A stretch of 29,363 bases of DNA, taken from positions 100,696,411-100,725,773 of the forward strand of contig NC_057718.1 of the NCBI RefSeq assembly GCF_004010195.1, in the 5' to 3' direction. The notes under the pieces were generated by a model that ran no database searches, was not told the DNA's origin, and saw only the letters and a list, made by a program, of their open reading frames with translations. The DNA comes from Chiloscyllium plagiosum. Its lineage: Eukaryota. Made by a program: the position numbers and the translations under genes. Shown in pieces: positions 22,493 to 29,363 of the stretch; position 1 is the first letter of the stretch, and every line of letters starts with the position of its first letter.

Positions 22493-22596
22493 AAACATCC
22501 AGTTAAGACTGAAATTCCCACCTATCGTGTCTTAGCAGATGAAGAGTTTCTTCCCTTCAAGGAAAACACATTTGACCTCATTCTTAGCAGTTTAAG
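22493..22596 (+). CDS. NDUFAF5: NDUFAF5 exon 5
   Basis: ttacag|[34 protein letters not shown](S)|gtacat; 104 nt. Confidence 0.96.
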
Positions 22597-22714
22597 GTAC
22601 ATGAAGTGTGATTTTTGAACAACCTCAGCAAACTGAGTAAAACCAACTGACTGGTTCCCATGGGTATAGTTAAATCCTTATGATAGTGTTGACATAATAC
22701 TGTGCAATCAAGAT

Positions 22715-23070
22715 CATAAGAAATAGAAAAGGGTTAGGCTGTTCATTCCTCAAGCCTATTCCACCATTCAATAGAATAATGGCTGATCCACATTCCTGCC
22801 CTTTCGCAGTAACCCATGATTGCTCAATTGATCACAAATCCATCTGTCTCAGCCTTAAATATACATAAAGACTCTGGCCCCACAGCTCTGGGTCGCATGG
22901 AATTCCAAAGAAACTCAAACCCATCTGAGAGAAGAAATTCCTCCTCATTTCTATTTTAAATTGATGCCCCTTAATTCCGTTCCAGTCCCAGACTGCCATG
23001 AGGGGAAGCAACCTCTGTGTTTAACCTGTCAAGCTGTTAGAGATTTCAATAAGATCGCCTCTGCATCTTC
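22715..23070 (-). mobile_element. CR1 3' fragment
   Basis: Reverse tail CATAAGAAATAG...CCATTCAATAGAATAATGGCTGATC; similar to 12995-13480. Confidence 0.7.
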
Positions 23071-23228
23071 AAAGATGGAGGTGTGATTTGCAAAGGATAT
23101 AGATTTCAATTTTACAAAAGCATTTGATTTAAATTGATAGACAATTGAAAACCAAATTCATCCCAGATTACTTGTAATTGAAAAGATTGAAAACAACGTT
23201 TATTAAAATCTGTTTCTCTTATTTCTAG

Positions 23229-23268
23229 TTTGCATTGGGTTAATGACCTCCCTCGTGCATTCAAACAG
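23229..23268 (+). CDS. NDUFAF5: NDUFAF5 exon 6
   Basis: ttctag|LHWVNDLPRAFKQ|gtgaga; 40 nt. Confidence 0.96.
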
Positions 23269-24879
23269 GTGAGATTACCTTCTCTAAATGAGAAGATCCA
23301 AAACAAATTGACTATACTTTTATTGCTTAACTAATGTTGGTTTTGAAAATCGTGTTTAATAGGTAATCTTAATAACATGATTTTGTAATTGTGATTTCAG
23401 TGTTTCCGAGAGATCAATCTTTTTTGTATAAACACATTCAGTTCTATATAAGCAACCATCATTATGTTACTTGTGTTATAATCTCGAAAACAACAATCTA
23501 TAATTATGATCCATCGGCATGTAGCAATGAAGCATAGAAAGTGACAGAAGTAACATTTTGGCCTTGTTTCTATTCTGACAAGCCATATAAAGATGTTATA
23601 GCCCAATGCTTTATATTTGTTACATCTGTGATCAAAATCATTCATCTTTATTTGATTTGAATAAACATTCAGTCCACTTATCATCTAACATTAGTTTCCT
23701 GGGATAGTGCTTTCACTTTTCCCAAAAGGGAATGCACATACGGACAACCAATTCTTCATATTTTGTATTTGTCAACAGGAGAACACATCTGTGAAAGTGG
23801 TCTCACCCATTTTACTTTCCTGAAATGGTATTGTTTTAGGATTCTGTCTGTTTTGATAAAAAATACACAGTTGGCTATGCATCTAACTATGGTTTGGACA
23901 AGGTTTCACATTTGTGATAAGAAAGAGAAGTGACCAGTCTAATAGGGTGGGCTATTAAAATAACTGTGTGATGTATATCATATTTAACAAGTTGTTCATA
24001 ATGATTCAAAGAGGGAAACCCATTTGAGATATGAATGAAAGCTTACACAAAATCAAGATTTTGCATAGAGGTGCATGGAAGGAATGATGGTATCAAAGGA
24101 AGGGAGGGAAAAAAAGAGGCCATAGTATAAGGTATACGTTCTCATGGGGTAGTGGGTTTAGGACTGGAAGCAGTTACAGGAAGAGCTAGTCCATTAAGAA
24201 ATTTAAACAGGATAAGGTTTGTAAATTGTGAATGTTAGGAGACTGGAATTCAATCTATTCAGTTCAGTTCAACTTTATTGTCTATTCAAAAATTCTAAGA
24301 CCACAATAGAGCAGAGCTGGCCATTCAGCCCATCGAGTCTGCTCTCGCATTCAATGAGATTATGGCTGACCCGATAATCCTGATCTTCACTTTTCTGCTT
24401 TTTCACTGTGGATACACTGTTTATACATTAGAATTGAAAATACATGAATAATCACATTTATAAATTATGGTGAAAGGTGTATGAATTATATCTACTTATA
24501 GTTTAAATTTTAAATGAGTGGCATATGGGTATTTATCAATTTTTGTGAAGGGGTTTACAAATTAACTCAGTCACTCTTAATGAGAATCATGGTTTTTAGC
24601 CATGTACTGCTTCCTGGAGTGTTAATGTAAGTTTATTTATTCAGTGGCAACTTTATTATTGGAGAGAAAAAATGTAAAACCATGAGCTTAACAGAGTCTA
24701 AGATGAGCAATTATTTCAATTTAGTTAAAAAGTTTCTTGGGTTCAGTTTGAAAGAGATCTGACTGGGGTCAGAAGCAGGTGTTCTTGCTTATGTCACAAG
24801 ATTTGGAGCAGAAGTGCCATCGACCCATCAGGAATATTCTTTCTTTCATTGTGATCATGACTGATATGATACTCCTCAA

Positions 24880-25890
24880 CTCCACTTTCCCACTTAATCA
24901 CGCTCTCAGTTCTGAATATTGTCAAATCAAGTGGTGAATGGTAGTGGACAATGAGGTAATTCACTGAAGGTGGAGGAGGCTCCACTAATATCCCAGTTTC
25001 AATGATTGGAGAGTCCAGCACATCAGTGCAAAAGGTAAAGTGGAAGTGTTCGTATCTGTCTTCAGGTCTCTTCCCAAGCTCCCCAGCATCACACATGCTA
25101 GCCATCGAAAATTCAATTCGTTCCATGTGCTATTTTTAAAAAAAACAGCTGAAGATACTGGATACTGAAAAAGCTATTAGCTATAACAACTCTGCAGTGA
25201 TTGTACTGAAGGCTTGTGGCACAGAACTGGGGCCAACCCCCTAGTCAAGCTGCTCCAACAGCTACAACACTGGTGTCCACCTGAAAATGAGGGAAATTGC
25301 CTAGGTATGTCCTGAGCACAAAAACAGGACAAATCCAACCTGGCTAATTACTGCCCTATCAACTCTTGGTGTCGGAAAACTGGTGGGAGAGGTGATCATT
25401 AGTGCTATTAAGTGACACTGGGAAAGGAATAACCTTCTCACTGTCACTTGATTTCAGTTCTGCCAGAGCCACTCAGCTCTTATCCACATTGCAACTTTGG
25501 CTTAAACATGGACAAAAGAGTTGAATTCTAGGGGTGAGGTGAGAGTGACTGCCCTTGATGTCAAAGCAGCATTTAATTGAGTATGGCATCAAGGAGCCCT
25601 AGCAAAATTGGAGTCAACAGAAATCTAGGTGAAAATGTTCCCCTGGCTAGATTCATATTGAGCACGAAGGAAGATGATTGTGATGGTTGGAAATCAATCC
25701 AGGATACCTCTGCAGGAATTCCTCAGAGGATGTCCTCAGCCCAATCTTCCAAACAACACTGTGTCCCCCGAACCTCAAGGACTGCAGTGGTTCAAGAAGG
25801 CAGCATGCCACTACCTTCTCCAGGACACTTGGGGATGGTCAATAAATGCTGGCTCAGCCGTAGACACCTACATCTCATGGATCAATGAAA
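24880..25890 (+). mobile_element. Degraded LINE ORF2 (RT) fragment plus 3' tail
   Basis: KQDKSNLANYCPI (NYRPI motif) and VRVTALDVKAAF (LDxxxAFD motif) remnants. Confidence 0.7.
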
Positions 25891-26602
25891 AATCTCACTG
25901 GCAAACAATATTCTTTACAAGTAAAAGAATATTTGATGAAAATCTTTTAGAATCAATGATAATGTTATTTATAAGTGACAATAACACCAAAAATAACTAA
26001 AAGATAAAATATCTGCAATTCAGAATTTTATCTGGGATATTTTCAATGCCACAGCTTTATATAACAGTTGTATTTGAATTCAGAGTTGACCTATAGAAGC
26101 ACATTTGAATTGTTGTAAACAAAACTTTCAAAGTCACAATTTCTGGTTGTGTTTGTGATTCAGCAATTACAATTATTAATTCCTTTGTCAGTGCAACTTC
26201 AAGTTTTGTCGGGCCGGTTGTCACAATTTATATCCACATTCCGACCTTCCGAGTGAGATGACTGATTTGGGATGATACAGTGACGTTCAAAACTGAAATT
26301 AGCAACATAACTCTCAGAAACAGACCCTGAAAATGAACTAACACCCAAGCAAAAATAACAGTAAACAGGGCAGTGTTAAACAAGGATTATGTGTTTCGGA
26401 ATGATGAGGTACATTAGGAGATTCCACAGGAACGATGTTGAACAAGGTTGTTTTAATTTCTCATCATCTTGTAGCCCAAAATTACAGAATTGTTGGGTGA
26501 GGATATCTGGTTAAAACCTTCACCGACATGCACTTTGCTGGCTTGTAGTTTTCTCAGTTGTGGTGCCTGTACTGTTTACATTGATTATCCGGCACTTTGC
26601 AG

Positions 26603-26800
26603 ATTCATTCTTCCTTGAAAGCAGATGGAGTGTTCGTTGGTGCCATGATGGGAGGGGAGACACTATATGAACTTCGTTGCTCTCTACAGCTGGCAGAACT
26701 GGAGCGTGAAGGAGGATTTGCACCCCACGTATCACCATTTACTGCTGTTACAGACTTGGGAAATCTGTTGGCGCAAGCAGGATTTACTATGCTAACCGTG
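26603..26800 (+). CDS. NDUFAF5: NDUFAF5 exon 7
   Basis: ttgcag|[66 protein letters not shown]|gtacgt; 198 nt. Confidence 0.97.
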
Positions 26801-27467
26801 GTACGTCAAACTAAATCACTGCTAATTATGAAAAATTGTGTAACAAATTGAGATGTTGAACGATTCATACAATACTTTTTTAGCTGCTGTAACTGCTTTG
26901 CAGCTAAAAGTGATTTCCTACTTTTTTCATCACGTACCATCTCAATTCACTGGCCAAGAAGATAGACAAGAGAAATGGCCTTTGACTTCTGATAGTGTCA
27001 TTTCTTCCAACTGTCAAGAGTAAAATGGCTCGTCTTTGTTAAATGTCCTCTCATCCTGGTGGTAAGATGAAGAACTTGTTGAGATGAAGAACTTTTTGTT
27101 AACCCCATCAGATTAATGTCATGTCTTATTACACTTTGTTAGCTAATCAATAATCCCTTACTTGCGTGAGTGACAACAGTATATCCATAAATAAACTAAA
27201 TCATTTTTGTACTGTCTGCTGGTAATAAGTGAGTTTGAGTTCGTCATCAACAGAAAACAGTGGACTTTCAGCTTAAACTGAGAACGAAAGCAAACCTCTG
27301 GCCTGCCCTTCTAGATTAGTCAGACATTAAACAATTATTGTTTGGCCTTGTGAAATTAGGAAACTAAAAAGGGAAGAATATGAGTTGATTGGTTCAGTTA
27401 TTTAAATATTAGTATTGCATCAAAAAGAAGTGTTTTATATTAAACTGCATTTGTTCATTTCGTACAG

Positions 27468-27528
27468 GACATTGATGAGATCCTGGTCAATTATCCAGGA
27501 ATCTTTGAAGTAATGGAGGACTTGCAAG
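27468..27528 (+). CDS. NDUFAF5: NDUFAF5 exon 8
   Basis: gtacag|DIDEILVNYPGIFEVMEDLQ(G)|gtgggt; 61 nt. Confidence 0.96.
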
Positions 27529-27881
27529 GTGGGTATAGATGTGTGTCACACTGTTACAACTTAAATGCAAACTGATTTAGTGACAGGATGCAGTGTAATT
27601 GAGGACTTCAGTCATTTGAAATTTAATTTCCAAAATATTCTCTAAAAATATAATTACAAATAGTAAACTCAACAGAAGTTGCTAAAAATCGATGAAACAG
27701 CTTTCTGTTTATTGCTCTCTGTGAACCATTTCAGTTGAGGTGTACCAATATACCGACACCGAAGACAATTGTGGAATGAAACAGGACAAATAGGCCACTT
27801 GGCCCATCATGTCTATGCTGGAAACTTGATGAGAATTTTCTTTTTAAAGTCTATCTTATTGTATTCGCTTTGAATTTTAAG

Positions 27882-27965
27882 GTATGGGGGAGAGCAATTG
27901 TGCTTGGTCCAGGAAACCTTTGTTGCACAGGGACACGATGCTGGCAGCTGCAGCAGTTTACAAAG
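27882..27965 (+). CDS. NDUFAF5: NDUFAF5 exon 9
   Basis: tttaag|(G)[27 protein letters not shown](E)|gtgaga; 84 nt. Confidence 0.96.
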
Positions 27966-28862
27966 GTGAGACCCTGAGAGTTAGAGTTCAAATTGAATTT
28001 GGTGTGAATTGAAACATAGGTTGTTTATTAATGGTTCCACAAATTATCAGTAACAAAATCAAATTGTGAAAATAGCTTCGGTTTAAAGTTGTAGTTCAAT
28101 TAGAAGAACTCTTCATCTTCTCTTCATCAAGTGAAACTTTGCAATTTTTTAAAAATTACTGAAATAAGTTTGACTGCATTTTGCTTGCCTGCAATGATAC
28201 AGTACTTGATACTTGGCTGAAATTGTAGGTTAAAGTGAGGACTGAAATTGCCGACTTGCATGGGTCCTGACCCGTATGCAGGACAGGAAAAGCTATGTCG
28301 CTTTTATTGGGAGTGCTTTTTAATTAGACCTGAGCTGAGAGACTTGAGTGGTAAGCCTTCATTGGATAATGACAGTAAAGCTAAGCTTTAGTTCTCAAAA
28401 CCTTTTTTTAAAAAAAAACTGGTTAATTTGGAGTAATTTGCACAAAGAATTCTTTCCCATATACTTTTTAAATTCAACAGTTTCATCTGGGTGTTCACTT
28501 AAAATATTTTTGTGCATATCCGAATATTAGATGGTGCATTTGATCCAACCTGTGAATTTTTCTAATTGAAATTCTACAATTTTACCTTCATCCAAAGACA
28601 TATAGTGGTAAGATTAGATCACTAATCGGATAGTAGAGGGTGGGCTGCCATTGTGCAAAGCAGATGATGGAACAGTGTAAATCAGTCAGCAAAGTGGGGT
28701 GACTGATCACACAGCATGTCCCTCTCCTTTAACTTGCTGGCCATACCCCATACTAATAACAGCATGAGTTGTGAACTTGCCATTATTTTTGAAGTTTACT
28801 AACTATCCTCCTGAGCTTGCCAGCAATGGTTTCTATTTGTTGCTATCTATTCTAAAGTAGCC

Positions 28863-29040
28863 ATGATGTGGAGGTGCTGGTATTGGACTGGGGTGGACAA
28901 AATCAGAAGCCATACGACACCAGGTTGTAGTCCAATAGGTTTATTTGACCTTCACTTGACGAAGGAGCAGCGCTCTGAAAGCTTGTGATTTCAAATAAAC
29001 CTGTTGGACTATAACCTGGTGTCATGTGACTTCTGATTTT
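28863..29040 (+). mobile_element. Palindromic Penelope-like element, type C, hammerhead motif in the loop (28952-28988)
   Basis: 50-bp arms 28899-28948 and 28991-29040 (45/50 complementary); TCAC TTGACGA A GGAG-CAGCG-CTCT GAAA GC TT GTGA. Confidence 0.7.
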
Positions 29041-29112
29041 ATTCTAAAGTAACACTTGAATGTATGTAACAATCATGTTGAAACGCACTGCCTTTTTTGT
29101 CTGTCTCTGAAG

Positions 29113-29195
29113 AGATGTATGGAAATGATGATGGGTCGGTGCCAGCAACATTTCAGATTCTGTACATGATTGGCTGGAAACCTCATGACTCTCAG
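29113..29195 (+). CDS. NDUFAF5: NDUFAF5 exon 10
   Basis: ctgaag|(E)[27 protein letters not shown]|gtatgt; 83 nt. No stop codon yet, so the final exon is outside the window. Confidence 0.96.
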
Positions 29196-29363
29196 GTATG
29201 TAGATTAAGGCTGATGCAGCTACCACCCCCACGCTGATTGATGATGTCACTTCTGCCCCCATCATGGCCACTCCCACAGCCACTTCCGGCCCTCACACCA
29301 TCACTGATGCCACACGCTCAGTGACTTCCGTCACCCCTACTGCCATGTCTGCCACCACCTCCG

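Noticed and set aside
26401..26500. ATGATGA C-box suggesting an intronic C/D snoRNA
   Set aside because: No CTGA D-box with a terminal stem at a suitable distance.
17417..27534. Weak donors (GTTTGC, GTAACA, GTACAT, GTGGGT) as U12-type introns
   Set aside because: None matches the U12 consensus RTATCCTT.
1..29363. CRISPR array or prokaryotic defence system
   Set aside because: Spliced vertebrate genes and retroelements throughout; no regularly spaced repeat-spacer array.

Overview
Vertebrate genomic DNA, almost certainly from an elasmobranch (shark), judged from its HE1/V-SINE-type, Deu-SINE-like, CR1 and Penelope-like repeats. The window spans a head-to-head gene pair sharing a CpG-island bidirectional promoter (~16.65-17.4 kb, perfect NRF1-type palindrome at 16998-17009). 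On the minus strand is ESF1 (nucleolar pre-rRNA processing factor), with a putative non-coding exon 1 and coding exons 2-4; the gene continues past the window start. On the plus strand is NDUFAF5 (mitochondrial complex I assembly factor), with coding exons 1-10, all GT-AG and phase-compatible; the last exon lies beyond the window end. Introns are filled with fragmented and nested CR1/L2 LINEs and tRNA-derived SINEs. Most notable is a set of about 8 short, mostly palindromic Penelope-like elements of three or more sequence types. Several carry minimal type-I hammerhead ribozyme cores (CUGANGA-A-stem II-GAAA-palindrome-UH), some on the host pre-mRNA sense strand. Also seen: an isolated tRNA-like A/B-box element beside the promoter, a candidate 103-nt 5'UTR intron in NDUFAF5, a 42-bp templated insertion, and inverted repeats flanking ESF1 exons 3-4. 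All calls were made by eye; repeat boundaries are approximate and family names come from recalled consensus, not database searches.
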